From positions 90,461 to 154,460 of the forward strand of contig JACPGH010000006.1 in NCBI GenBank assembly GCA_016182485.1: 64,000 nucleotides of DNA. Reading direction: 5' to 3'. The notes under the pieces were generated by a model. It worked only from the letters and a program-made list of their open reading frames with translations, had not been told where the DNA came from and did no database searches. Position numbers and translations under genes: made by a program. The DNA is from Candidatus Kaiserbacteria bacterium (GTDB taxonomy: Bacteria > Patescibacteriota > Minisyncoccia > Phycocordibacterales > Phycocordibacteraceae). Of the stretch, positions 46,650 through 59,061 are shown piece by piece (within the stretch, counting starts at the first letter, position 1; each line of letters opens with the position of its first letter).

Positions 46650-47876
46650 TCAGTATGATTTCAAATGCCGCGCTTTGTCGTGCGTGCGGATCTTCTCAAG
46701 CGCCTTAGCTTCGATCTGGCGGATGCGCTCGCGGGTCACCGAGAATTCCCTGCCCACCTCCTCGAGCGTGTGATAGACGCCGTCCATGAGCCCGTGGCGC
46801 ATCTCGAGGATCTTGCGCTCCTTCGGCGAGAGGTCGTTAAGGATCGCCCGCACTTGTTCGGCGAGAATGCGCTCCGAGGATTCCTGCACCGGAGAAGGGA
46901 TCTTATCATCCGGGATGAAATCTCCCAAAGTTGACTTCTCATCATCATCCGAGCCCACCGGATTCTCGAGTGAGAGCGTATCCTGATTTATTTTTTCTAT
47001 CTGATAGATCTTCTCCGGCTCTACTCCCATTTCGACGGCGATCTCTTCGGCGTGCGGATCCCGGCCCAAAGCCTGCGCGAGGCGGCGGGATATCTGCTTA
47101 TATTTGGCGATCGTCTCGACCATGTGCACAGGGATGCGGATCGTGCGCGACTGGTCAGCAAGCGCGCGGGTGATCGCCTGTCGGATCCACCAGGTCGCGT
47201 AGGTAGAAAACTTGTAGCCCTTGCGCCAATCGAATTTGTCCACTGCGCGGAACAGGCCCAAGTTCCCTTCCTGGATGAGGTCGAGCAAGGTGAGATCGGG
47301 CGACCGGCCGACGTATTTCTTGGCGATGGAGACAACTAGGCGCAGGTTCGAGCGCGCAAGTATATTGCGCGCCTCTGCATCGCTTTTCTCGATGCGCTTG
47401 GCTAGTTCGCGCTCTTCGGCGGCGGTAAGGAGTGGGTACTGGCCGATCTCCCGCAAGTAGATCTGTATTGAGTCGTAACTGGCCGAATGGTGATCTTTGA
47501 TGTTGCGCGTGGCGAGATACTCATCCGTGGCATCTTCAAGCATGCCGCCCTCGAGCACGTCGACTCCGGCAGTCGCGAACCGCTCATACAGGGACTCGAG
47601 AAAATTCACGTCATCCTCGACATGCGGGAAGGACTTCAGGATCTCGTTGTATGTGACATATCCTCGCTCCTTTCCCTTCTCGATGAGCTGTTCCGCGGAG
47701 AGAGATTTGGCGAGCGAAGCCTTATCGCCATGAGCGCGCGCCGCTACTCGTACGATCTGCTTTTTTGTGCGCAGAGAACGCCGGCGAACGGATTTCGCCT
47801 TTATTTTTGCGCGACGCTTCCCCGCCCCTTTTGGGCGTCGCGATTTCACCGATTTTTTGTTCCTCGGCGTAGCCAT
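46650..47876 (-). CDS. rpoD: Primary sigma factor
   Basis: [48 protein letters not shown]. Confidence 0.96.
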   Translation of the reverse strand: MATPRNKKSVKSRRPKGAGKRRAKIKAKSVRRRSLRTKKQIVRVAARAHGDKASLAKSLSAEQLIEKGKERGYVTYNEILKSFPHVEDDVNFLESLYERFATAGVDVLEGGMLEDATDEYLATRNIKDHHSASYDSIQIYLREIGQYPLLTAAEERELAKRIEKSDAEARNILARSNLRLVVSIAKKYVGRSPDLTLLDLIQEGNLGLFRAVDKFDWRKGYKFSTYATWWIRQAITRALADQSRTIRIPVHMVETIAKYKQISRRLAQALGRDPHAEEIAVEMGVEPEKIYQIEKINQDTLSLENPVGSDDDEKSTLGDFIPDDKIPSPVQESSERILAEQVRAILNDLSPKERKILEMRHGLMDGVYHTLEEVGREFSVTRERIRQIEAKALEKIRTHDKARHLKSY

Positions 47877-47910
47877 ATACGTATTAGAGAGTTGGAAGAT
47901 AAAGAGAAAA

Positions 47911-49599
47911 TTAAGAACGTAGCGCACCGAGTCGCGTAAGCAGAAGCGCGCACGCTTCTTCTCCCCGCTTCACCGCTTCGGCGTCGCCGCTTGCTTCAGC
48001 CCTGCGCAAATCGAGAACCGCTTCTTTGTGTGCCTTGCGGATAACCGCTTCTTCGAAGGCATTCAAAAGCTCATCGGCCGCGCCTTCCGCCGGAAGCTCC
48101 CCAAAAATGGCCTCGATCTCAAACAGGGCCGATTCTGGGGGAGGGTCGACTGGCAGCTCTCGAGCTTCAGTGATCCGACAATACTCCGATTTGACACGAA
48201 GCGCAAGCGGTGTTTCGGGATAGGCGTGGAGAACGGCAAGGAGCTGATTTTCGCGCGCGAGGACATGTGAGAGACGCGCCTGCTCAGGTTCTCTTACCGG
48301 ACGCGCAGCAACCTCGACGCTGCCCGCCCTCTTGATCCTTGCGAGCGACTCTCGTACCGCCTCATCCGACAGACCGAGCGTTCTGGCAGTGGCCTGGACG
48401 AAATGGTCGCGCTCCATAGGGCTCTGCATCGCGGCGATGAGCGGCAGCACGACTGCTTCCGCGAAACGCAAAAGGCGGTGAGAATCCTTCTCCCGCTCAG
48501 CCAACTCTGCAAGGAAAAAATCTACGACCGGCTTGCCTGTCGCGATTCGACGAGCGAATTCTTTCGGGTCTTCGCTCACCATATCGGCGGGATCCGTACC
48601 CTTTGGCAAGCGCGCCGCCTTTACCCGCAGGCCTTGTCCGAGTGCTAATTCTGCAGAACGTGCGGTCGCCTTGAGTCCGGCCGCGTCGGCGTCGAGCACG
48701 AGCATCAGATTCTCACTGAATCGCTTCATAAGAGCTAGATGCTTCTCAGTGAGAGCCGTCCCCGAGAGCGCGACCGCATTGCCGAATCCCGCTTGCTGGA
48801 CCAAGAGCACGTCCATCTGGCCCTCGACGAGCATCGTGAACCCCCTCTGACGGATAAATTCCTTGGCCTTATCCATTCCGAAAAGAATTTCTGATTTATG
48901 GTAGAGATCCGTTTCCGGGCTATTCAAGTACTTCGCGGGATCGTCGGGAGCCAAAGCTCGGCCGGTGAAGCCGACCACTCGTCCGGCAATATCCCTGATA
49001 GGGAACATGAGCCGGTGGCGGAAGCGGTCATAGTAAGTACCGGGCTTGCCGTCTGCTTCTTTCACAAGCCCGGCGGCGAGGAGCTCCGCGACCGTGAAGC
49101 CTTCTGCGGAAAGGGCTTCGAGGAGCATCCGCCATCCTTCGGGCGCATAGCCTAGTCGCCAATTTTTTATCGTGTCGTCCGAGAGGCCGCGCTTCTTTGC
49201 ATATGCGTGAGCCGGACTGCCCGCGAGCTTGCCGGCATACCATTCAGAAGCGCGAGAAAGCAACGCGCGCAAACGTTCCTTTTTTTCAGTTTCCGCATGG
49301 CTCTGGCCGCCGTGTCCCGAAATGATCTTAACTCCCGCTTTGTCGGCGAGAATTTTCAGCGCGCCCTTGAAATCGACGCCTTCGATCTTTTCAATGAACG
49401 AGAAGCCGTCGCCGCCCTCTCCGCAGCCGAAACAGTGCCACGTGCCGCGCTCAAGCGACACATGAAATGAACCGGTCTTTTCCTTATGGAACGGGCACAG
49501 GCCGACGAGCGACCTCCCTGCCCGCTTCAGCTTCACATACGGCGCGATGATGTCTTGAATGGATAGCCGCTCCTTAATTTGCTGCACGGTATCGGACAT
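47911..49599 (-). CDS. dnaG: DNA primase
   Basis: CPFH...[34 protein letters not shown]. Confidence 0.97.
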   Translation of the reverse strand: MSDTVQQIKERLSIQDIIAPYVKLKRAGRSLVGLCPFHKEKTGSFHVSLERGTWHCFGCGEGGDGFSFIEKIEGVDFKGALKILADKAGVKIISGHGGQSHAETEKKERLRALLSRASEWYAGKLAGSPAHAYAKKRGLSDDTIKNWRLGYAPEGWRMLLEALSAEGFTVAELLAAGLVKEADGKPGTYYDRFRHRLMFPIRDIAGRVVGFTGRALAPDDPAKYLNSPETDLYHKSEILFGMDKAKEFIRQRGFTMLVEGQMDVLLVQQAGFGNAVALSGTALTEKHLALMKRFSENLMLVLDADAAGLKATARSAELALGQGLRVKAARLPKGTDPADMVSEDPKEFARRIATGKPVVDFFLAELAEREKDSHRLLRFAEAVVLPLIAAMQSPMERDHFVQATARTLGLSDEAVRESLARIKRAGSVEVAARPVREPEQARLSHVLARENQLLAVLHAYPETPLALRVKSEYCRITEARELPVDPPPESALFEIEAIFGELPAEGAADELLNAFEEAVIRKAHKEAVLDLRRAEASGDAEAVKRGEEACALLLTRLGALRS

Positions 49600-49720
49600 A
49601 ATTTGAAGTTTATCGCGCTTCAAGAGATTTGACTAACTACGCGTGAGAATGTCAAAATTAAGGCAGGATTAACGAACGCTCTTTCACCGGCCAACGGGCC
49701 CGGCCCAAGAGGAGGACGCG

Positions 49721-49933
49721 ATGGCCACTATCCTTCCGAGGAAACTTACTGGACTGAGCGAGGAAGAAATACAGGAACTGGTTCCTGGTCTTGCTCGTCT
49801 CGGTCTGTTCCTCGAGTTCGCCGACCGGCAAACCGGCATCGTTAAGCGATCTCGAGACCTGCCGACGAACGCGCGGGACACTCGCGTGAGCGATCCGGGA
49901 GCGGAGAGTCGATGGCGACACATCGACTTCTGA
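49721..49933 (+). CDS. 70-aa orphan protein
   Basis: TTGACT-18-CAAAAT promoter, GAGGAGG SD, hairpin 49938-49967. Confidence 0.6.
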   Translation: MATILPRKLTGLSEEEIQELVPGLARLGLFLEFADRQTGIVKRSRDLPTNARDTRVSDPGAESRWRHIDF

Positions 49934-49975
49934 CGTAAACGGGCGCGACCTCTCGGTCGCGCCCGTTCTCTATCT

Positions 49976-50051
49976 GCATGGATGTGAAGGTCTGACCTTC
50001 ACATCCATGCGCGACTATCGTTGTACCTGTGAAGGTCTGACCTTCACAGGT
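49976..50051. repeat. REP-like palindrome doublet 3
   Basis: Cores at 49984-50002 (arms extended to 49976-50010) and 50029-50047. Confidence 0.95.
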
Positions 50052-53000
50052 TACTTTGCGCGGGTTGGCGGGGTACCCGCTCCGCCGGAGCCCACGCGAG
50101 ACGAGAAACTGGTCGAGCGGGTCGGCGCGGAAGGAGCCGGACGCGAAGCCTGGAGCTTCGCGATGTGCGCGAATTTCTTGCTGCCGGAAAAGCCGGTGCC
50201 AGCCGGAATCAGGCGCCCCAGAATGACATTCTCTTTCAATCCGCGCAGGCGATCCACGCTTCCGCGCAATGCCGCGTTGATTAGTATCTTCGTCGTCTGC
50301 TCGAAGGAAGCCGCGGAGAGGAAGGAGCGCCGCGAGAGCGCGCTCTCTTTAATGCCGAGCACTATCTCCTTCGCATGCGGCGGCATTCGATTAGCCGCTT
50401 CCGCATCCTTGACCGCCTTTGCGAATTCCCAATCTTCGACGATATCTCCGACCGAATAGTCGGTGTCGCCGGCGTCTGTTATCTTCACGCGCGAGAACAT
50501 TTGCTTCACTACAACCTCGAAGTGCTTGCGCGCCACCGAGGCGCCCTGCATTTCATAGATCTTCGACGCCTCGGCGATTATATACTCTTGAACCGCCGCG
50601 CGCCCCGCGTATTCGAAGAGTTCATCGAGATCCACGGAGCCGTCCGTGAGGATCTGGCCCTTGGACACCAGATCGCCTTCTTTAACGAGCGCGACGCGCG
50701 GGTACGGAGCCAGATACTCATAGACCGAGCCGTCCTTCTTGCCCTGCCCCGCTTCGGGAGCTACGACGATTATCTTCTCGCGGCCCTGCTCCTTGACCTC
50801 GATCACGATGCCATCGGTCTTAGAGACGACTGCCGGATTTTTCGGCGAGCGCTTCTCGAAGACTTCTTCCACGCGCGGCAGACCGCTCGTGATATCGCCT
50901 CCGATCGAAGCCACGCCGCCGGCATGGAACGTACGCATCGTGAGCTGCGTGCCCGGCTCGCCGATCGCCTGCGCCGCTACCGTACCGACCGCTTCTCCCA
51001 GATCAACGAGCTCCTGGCTCGTGAGATCCATGCCGTAGCAGGTCTGGCAGATGCCGTAGCGCGTCTCGCAGGACATCGGGGAACGCGCGACGATTGAAGC
51101 GACTCTCGAGGCCGCCAGTGTTTCAGCGTCCTGCGCAGAGAGATAGTGTCCTTTTTTCCAGCCCGAGGCGGGGCCGCCTGCGGCGGAAAAGTCTCCTTCG
51201 ACAGATTCTGCCAAAACGCGGCCACGGAGCGCTTCAGCGAAGTTTATCTGGATGCCCGAGGCGCTCACGCGATTAATTTTCACTCCGCGCTTCGTGCCGC
51301 AATCCTTCTCGGTCACTATGGAGTCCTGCGCCACGTCAAAGAGGCGGCGCGTGAGGTAGCCCGCCTTCGCAGTGCCGAGCGCCGTGTCGGCCAATCCTTT
51401 GCGGGCGCCGTGCGTCGCGATGAAATACTCAATTGGATTGAATCCTTCGATGAACGAGGAGACAATGGGGACTTCGATGGTTTCGCCGGCCGTGTTCTGG
51501 ATGAGGCCTTTCATGCCGGCCATCTGCGTGACCTGCCCCATCGAGCCGCGGGCGCCGGAGAGCACCATGTCGGCGATGGAGCCCATCGGATTCAAGTTTT
51601 CCGCGACCTTTTTCTCGATGTCTTGACGAGAGGCCTGCCACACTTCGATAGCCATGCGGCGCTTCTCGTCTTCGGCGAGAAGACCGTTCTGATAATCCTC
51701 TTCTATCTTCGCGACCTTCGCCGAGGCGTCCTCGATTATTTGCTGCTTATCGGCCGGGACGGACACTTCGTCGAGCGACCAGGTGACGCCGGACTTCGTC
51801 GCGTAGTCGAAGCCGAAGCGCTTCACTTTGTTCACGATAGCCGGGATGGCGTCCAGGCCGTAGCGCTCAATGCAGTCGTTCACGATGCGCGCGAGCACTT
51901 TGCGCGTTATGGTCTCGTTAACGAACGGATAATCTCCGGGCAAGACGGTATTGAAGAGGAGGCGGCCGACTGTCGTCTCGAACGGACGGTTCTCGAACTG
52001 CTCATACTTTTTCTTGCCGGAGACCGGCAACACCTTGATCTTCGCTCGGATATCTATCGCGCCATACTCTGAGACTAGAATGGCGGCGTTTGGCGACGCG
52101 AAATATTCGCCCTCTCCCTTCAGTTTATCTACCGCCTTGGTAAGCCAGTAGACTCCGAGAACGATGTCGAGCGGCTTGCCAGTAAGCACTATCATATCGC
52201 CGGAACCGGGCTTCAATATATTCTTGTTGGCGCTCATGATGTTGGCCGCTTCCCACTGCGCTTCCTCCGAGAGCGGGACGTGCACGGCCATTTGATCGCC
52301 GTCGAAGTCCGCGTTGAAGGCGTTGCAGACGAGCGGATGAAGCTGGATGGCATCGCCTTCGATAAGGCGGGGCCGGAATGCCTGGATGCCCTGGCGATGG
52401 AGGGTTGGCGCGCGGTTCAGGAGCACGTATTTGTCCTTAATTGCTTCTTCGAGGATCTCCCACACTTCCGGCACGCCATCTTCGATAAGACGGCCTGCGC
52501 CGCGGATATTGAAGGCCAGCTCGCGGTCAAGAAGTCCGGCTATGACGAACGGGCGGAATAGTTCAAGCGCCATGTGCTTGGGCAGACCGCACTCATCAAG
52601 CTCGAGATCCGGACCGACGACTATCACCGAACGGCCGGAATAGTCGACGCGCTTGCCGAGGAGGTTCTGGCGGAAGTATCCCTGCTTCCCTTTCAGATAA
52701 TCGGCGAGCGATTTGAGCGGACGGCGCTGCGCCATCGTGAGCGCGCCGGAGGCGCCGCTCTTTCTGATCGAATTGTCGAGGAGCGCGTCCACCGCCTCTT
52801 GCAGGATGCGCTTCTCGTTGCGAAGGATGACTTCCGGCGCATGAATATCGATAAGTTTCTTCAATCGGTTATTGCGGTTGATGACGCGGCGGTAGAGGTC
52901 GTTTACGTCGGAAGTCGCATGGCGGCCTCCCTCAAGCGCCACCATCGGGCGGAGCGCCGGCGGAATGACCGGGATGCGCGTAAGGAACAGCCATTCGGGA

Positions 53001-53812
53001 CGGATGCCGGCCGAAATAAGTCCCGCGACGAGCGAGAGGCGCTTCGCGAGTTTCTCGCGCTCGGCCGCGCTCGCTTTCTCATAGCGAGCGGAGAGCGTCT
53101 TCTCGAGCGCCTTCAGATCGAGCGCTCGAAAGATGTCGTAGATGGATTCTGCGCCGATGCGAGCTTCGAAGAGCCCCCCGTATTTTACTGAGAAGCGATG
53201 ATATTCGAGCTCGTCGAGTACCTTGCCGACGACTAGACTCTCTATCTCGGCCTTCGCTAGCGTCATTTTCTCTTTGAGCGCGTCCCGCTCCTTATCCGAG
53301 GCGAGCGACTTGTACTTCGACTTGAATTCGCTCTCGAGTTCCGCGATGAGCCTTTTCTTCTCTTCCTCGACGACCTTGGAAACGATGTAGCCGGCAAAAT
53401 ATACGACCTTCTCGATATCCGCAGCGGACGCGCCCAGAAGCAGCGCCATCCTAGAAGGAACGCTTCGGAGGAACCAGATATGCGCGACCGGCGTACAGAG
53501 TTCGATATGGCCCATGCGCTCGCGCCGCACTATGGAACGGGTGATCTCGACGCCGCACTTATCGCAGATGATTCCCTTGTAGCGAATGCCCTTGTACTTG
53601 CCGCAGTAGCACTCGTAGTCCTTCTCGGGCCCGAAGATCTTTTCATCGAAGAGGCCGTGCTTTTCAGACCGCTGCGTGCGGTAGTTAATGGTCTCGGGTT
53701 TGGTAATTTCTCCGTGGCTCCAGGCCAGAATGCGCTCGGGCGAGGCGAGAGTGAGGCGCAGGCCGTTCCAGATATCGTGCGGAGAGGTAGCTTTGCGTGG
53801 AATGAATGCCAT
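50051..53812 (-). CDS. rpoC: RNA polymerase beta' subunit
   Basis: KPETINYRT, NADFDGDQM, LLGKRVDYSGRS, GEPGTQLTMRTFH. Confidence 0.98.
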   Translation of the reverse strand: MAFIPRKATSPHDIWNGLRLTLASPERILAWSHGEITKPETINYRTQRSEKHGLFDEKIFGPEKDYECYCGKYKGIRYKGIICDKCGVEITRSIVRRERMGHIELCTPVAHIWFLRSVPSRMALLLGASAADIEKVVYFAGYIVSKVVEEEKKRLIAELESEFKSKYKSLASDKERDALKEKMTLAKAEIESLVVGKVLDELEYHRFSVKYGGLFEARIGAESIYDIFRALDLKALEKTLSARYEKASAAEREKLAKRLSLVAGLISAGIRPEWLFLTRIPVIPPALRPMVALEGGRHATSDVNDLYRRVINRNNRLKKLIDIHAPEVILRNEKRILQEAVDALLDNSIRKSGASGALTMAQRRPLKSLADYLKGKQGYFRQNLLGKRVDYSGRSVIVVGPDLELDECGLPKHMALELFRPFVIAGLLDRELAFNIRGAGRLIEDGVPEVWEILEEAIKDKYVLLNRAPTLHRQGIQAFRPRLIEGDAIQLHPLVCNAFNADFDGDQMAVHVPLSEEAQWEAANIMSANKNILKPGSGDMIVLTGKPLDIVLGVYWLTKAVDKLKGEGEYFASPNAAILVSEYGAIDIRAKIKVLPVSGKKKYEQFENRPFETTVGRLLFNTVLPGDYPFVNETITRKVLARIVNDCIERYGLDAIPAIVNKVKRFGFDYATKSGVTWSLDEVSVPADKQQIIEDASAKVAKIEEDYQNGLLAEDEKRRMAIEVWQASRQDIEKKVAENLNPMGSIADMVLSGARGSMGQVTQMAGMKGLIQNTAGETIEVPIVSSFIEGFNPIEYFIATHGARKGLADTALGTAKAGYLTRRLFDVAQDSIVTEKDCGTKRGVKINRVSASGIQINFAEALRGRVLAESVEGDFSAAGGPASGWKKGHYLSAQDAETLAASRVASIVARSPMSCETRYGICQTCYGMDLTSQELVDLGEAVGTVAAQAIGEPGTQLTMRTFHAGGVASIGGDITSGLPRVEEVFEKRSPKNPAVVSKTDGIVIEVKEQGREKIIVVAPEAGQGKKDGSVYEYLAPYPRVALVKEGDLVSKGQILTDGSVDLDELFEYAGRAAVQEYIIAEASKIYEMQGASVARKHFEVVVKQMFSRVKITDAGDTDYSVGDIVEDWEFAKAVKDAEAANRMPPHAKEIVLGIKESALSRRSFLSAASFEQTTKILINAALRGSVDRLRGLKENVILGRLIPAGTGFSGSKKFAHIAKLQASRPAPSAPTRSTSFSSRVGSGGAGTPPTRAK

Positions 53813-53814
53813 AG

Positions 53815-53846
53815 TTAAAAATTTAAATATTTAAACATTTAAATAT
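53815..53846. repeat. Four 8-bp tandem repeats TTAAAnAT filling the rpoB-rpoC gap
   Basis: ttaaaaat ttaaatat ttaaacat ttaaatat. Confidence 0.75.
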
Positions 53847-53851
53847 CATTT

Positions 53852-57037
<3,186 letters not shown>

Positions 57038-57167
57038 GATGCTTTAACGTGAAGTGTTTATAAATATATAAACTGCAACGCACGGAACCCCTTCCGCTTT
57101 TGCGTTTCTTTAATTTCTCATGAACCCCGCCCCGCCGCTACTCAGTCGTATCTTGAACCGCACTGTA

Positions 57168-57479
57168 TCAGACTACTGTCCCGGACGCAAGAGCCTCTGG
57201 GGACAAACGTTGCGCAAGGGGGCTAATGAGTCTGCTTAGAGAGGCTTGGTACTCTGCCAATCCATCTGGCAAAAGACGCGCCAGTTCCAGACCGCGGAGC
57301 ATGAGAAGGCCTTCTTCATATGCTTCCGGGCGCTTCGCTTCCCGCAAGTATTCAAGAGTCCTGTGTGCCCGCGCGAGAGACTCAATATACCGTCCCTCAT
57401 TGCTATCCCGTGCGGCGCGAATGCACCTGAAAACATCCGCTCCTAAGTTTGCGAAATAAAAAACCGCGTCTCGCTTCAT
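57168..57479 (-). CDS. Small helical hypothetical protein
   Basis: ATGA overlap with upstream ORF; FANLGADVFRC motif. Confidence 0.65.
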   Translation of the reverse strand: MKRDAVFYFANLGADVFRCIRAARDSNEGRYIESLARAHRTLEYLREAKRPEAYEEGLLMLRGLELARLLPDGLAEYQASLSRLISPLAQRLSPEALASGTVV

Positions 57480-57643
57480 AAGTCGAGAAAAGGAAGGGCA
57501 AGCGAGACAATTTTGCGCACGGCACGGCGGATCTCCTCGTCTGCGATTTCCATGCTTCTGTTCCCCTGCATCGGCCTGATATTGATGAGCGATGTGTATT
57601 CGATCGCCGCATCCCCCTTCTCTTTCGGATATAGATTGCCCAT
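57476..57643 (-). CDS. DUF5674-like protein, C-terminal half only
   Basis: NLYP...IEYTSLINIRPMQGNRSMEI; TACAAT six nt before ATG 57643. Confidence 0.6.
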   Translation of the reverse strand: MGNLYPKEKGDAAIEYTSLINIRPMQGNRSMEIADEEIRRAVRKIVSLALPFLDL

Positions 57644-57657
57644 GCAGTAATTGTACC

Positions 57658-58326
57658 TCATCGCTTCTTGCGCCAGGCGTCAATGCGAGCGTGATGGCCC
57701 GTCTGGAGGACTTTAGGGACGCGATATTTTTTGCCTTTGAATTCTATTATCTCGGGACGGGTGTAAACGGCGCGGGAGGCGATGCGGCGTTCTTCGACTG
57801 ACTCATCCTTGCCGAGAACGCCGGGCAGGCGGCGCGTCACGGCATCGACGATTGCGAGCGCCGGCACTTCTCCCCCTGTATACACTGCTTCGCCAACTGC
57901 AAATTCTTTTACGGGCGCGAGCGTTTTCAGGATCGTCTTCGCGCGTTCATCAATGCCCTCGTAGCGGCCGCAGACTAAGACGATGTGGTCATATTTCGCC
58001 AGTGCATCGGCATCTTTGTTCGTGAATTGCTTGGCTGAGGGAGAGAACCAGATCACGATGGACTTTTTTACAGTCCCTCGTCGAGGACTTCTCGGGATCC
58101 GCAATGCCCTTTCCGCTGCGCGGACGATTGGCATTGCCTGCATCACCATCCCGGGGCCGCCGCCATATGGACGCTCATCAACTTTTCCCCATTTGTTCGA
58201 AACGAAATCGCGCGGGTTCTGGAACGAAATTGTTATTTTCTTGTCTTTGCGTGCCCGCCCAATGATAGAGGCAGAGAGATATGCGTCGCACGCGTCCGGG
58301 AAAAGGGTCAGGAGATGGAATTTCAC
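57658..58326 (-). CDS. trmD: tRNA (guanine37-N1)-methyltransferase
   Basis: LTLFP, DERPYGGGPGMV, CGRYEGIDER, TGGE, YTRP. Confidence 0.96.
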   Translation of the reverse strand: MKFHLLTLFPDACDAYLSASIIGRARKDKKITISFQNPRDFVSNKWGKVDERPYGGGPGMVMQAMPIVRAAERALRIPRSPRRGTVKKSIVIWFSPSAKQFTNKDADALAKYDHIVLVCGRYEGIDERAKTILKTLAPVKEFAVGEAVYTGGEVPALAIVDAVTRRLPGVLGKDESVEERRIASRAVYTRPEIIEFKGKKYRVPKVLQTGHHARIDAWRKKR

Positions 58327-58622
58327 AGCTCGTCCACGATCTGGTCGACGGACTTGTTCTCGGGGTCCCGCTTGCCGCCGATCGGCTCGTTTATCTTGAG
58401 ATTCACGCGCGCGTTCTCTTTCATCCCCACAACTCTAAGAAGGATCCGGAGAGCCTCGGCGGTTTTACCGCTCTTGCCGATAATCTTGCCCATATCTTCA
58501 GGATGCACCGTGAGCGTGAGCAAAACTCCCATTTGATCTATGGTGCGCGTAGTCTCGACCGATTCGGGATGGTCGGCGAGCGCTTTGACTACATATTCGA
58601 GAAATGCCTGATCCGGTTCCAT
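58323..58622 (-). CDS. khpA: KH-domain RNA-binding protein
   Basis: DMGKIIGKSGKTA; position between rpsP and trmD. Confidence 0.9.
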   Translation of the reverse strand: MEPDQAFLEYVVKALADHPESVETTRTIDQMGVLLTLTVHPEDMGKIIGKSGKTAEALRILLRVVGMKENARVNLKINEPIGGKRDPENKSVDQIVDEL

Positions 58623-58645
58623 TTATGTTGAGCAGGGTCGATTCA

Positions 58646-59011
58646 TTATTCAGCTGCGGCCTCTTCAGTTTGCTCTGTAGCGGGAGTTTCTGCTGGCGCC
58701 TTTTCAGTTCTAGGAGTTTCAGCTATTACTTTATTCTCTAAGACCTTCGAAGGTATGACATTAACCTTCTTCCCAGAGAGTACTCCCTTATCGATAAGGA
58801 GATTATGAACAGAGTCGGTAGCCTGTGCGCCCTTCGCTAGCCATTCCTTCACACGCTCTCCGTTTATTGTTGCCACTTTACTCTTCGGGTTATACGTGCC
58901 GAGAAGCTCTACGACGTTCCCTGCCTTGGCGGCTCGCTCTTTCTCGAGAACGACTATACGAAACGCCGGGTCGTTCCTGCGGCCGGTTCTCTGGAATCGG
59001 ATCATTAGCAT
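58646..59011 (-). CDS. rpsP: 30S ribosomal protein S16
   Basis: IRFQRTG, FRIVV, LGTYNP, GAQATDSV. Confidence 0.96.
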   Translation of the reverse strand: MLMIRFQRTGRRNDPAFRIVVLEKERAAKAGNVVELLGTYNPKSKVATINGERVKEWLAKGAQATDSVHNLLIDKGVLSGKKVNVIPSKVLENKVIAETPRTEKAPAETPATEQTEEAAAE

Positions 59012-59061
59012 GACCCGCAAACTATAGCAGAACTCGAAATATATTGCTAGAGTACAACAAA

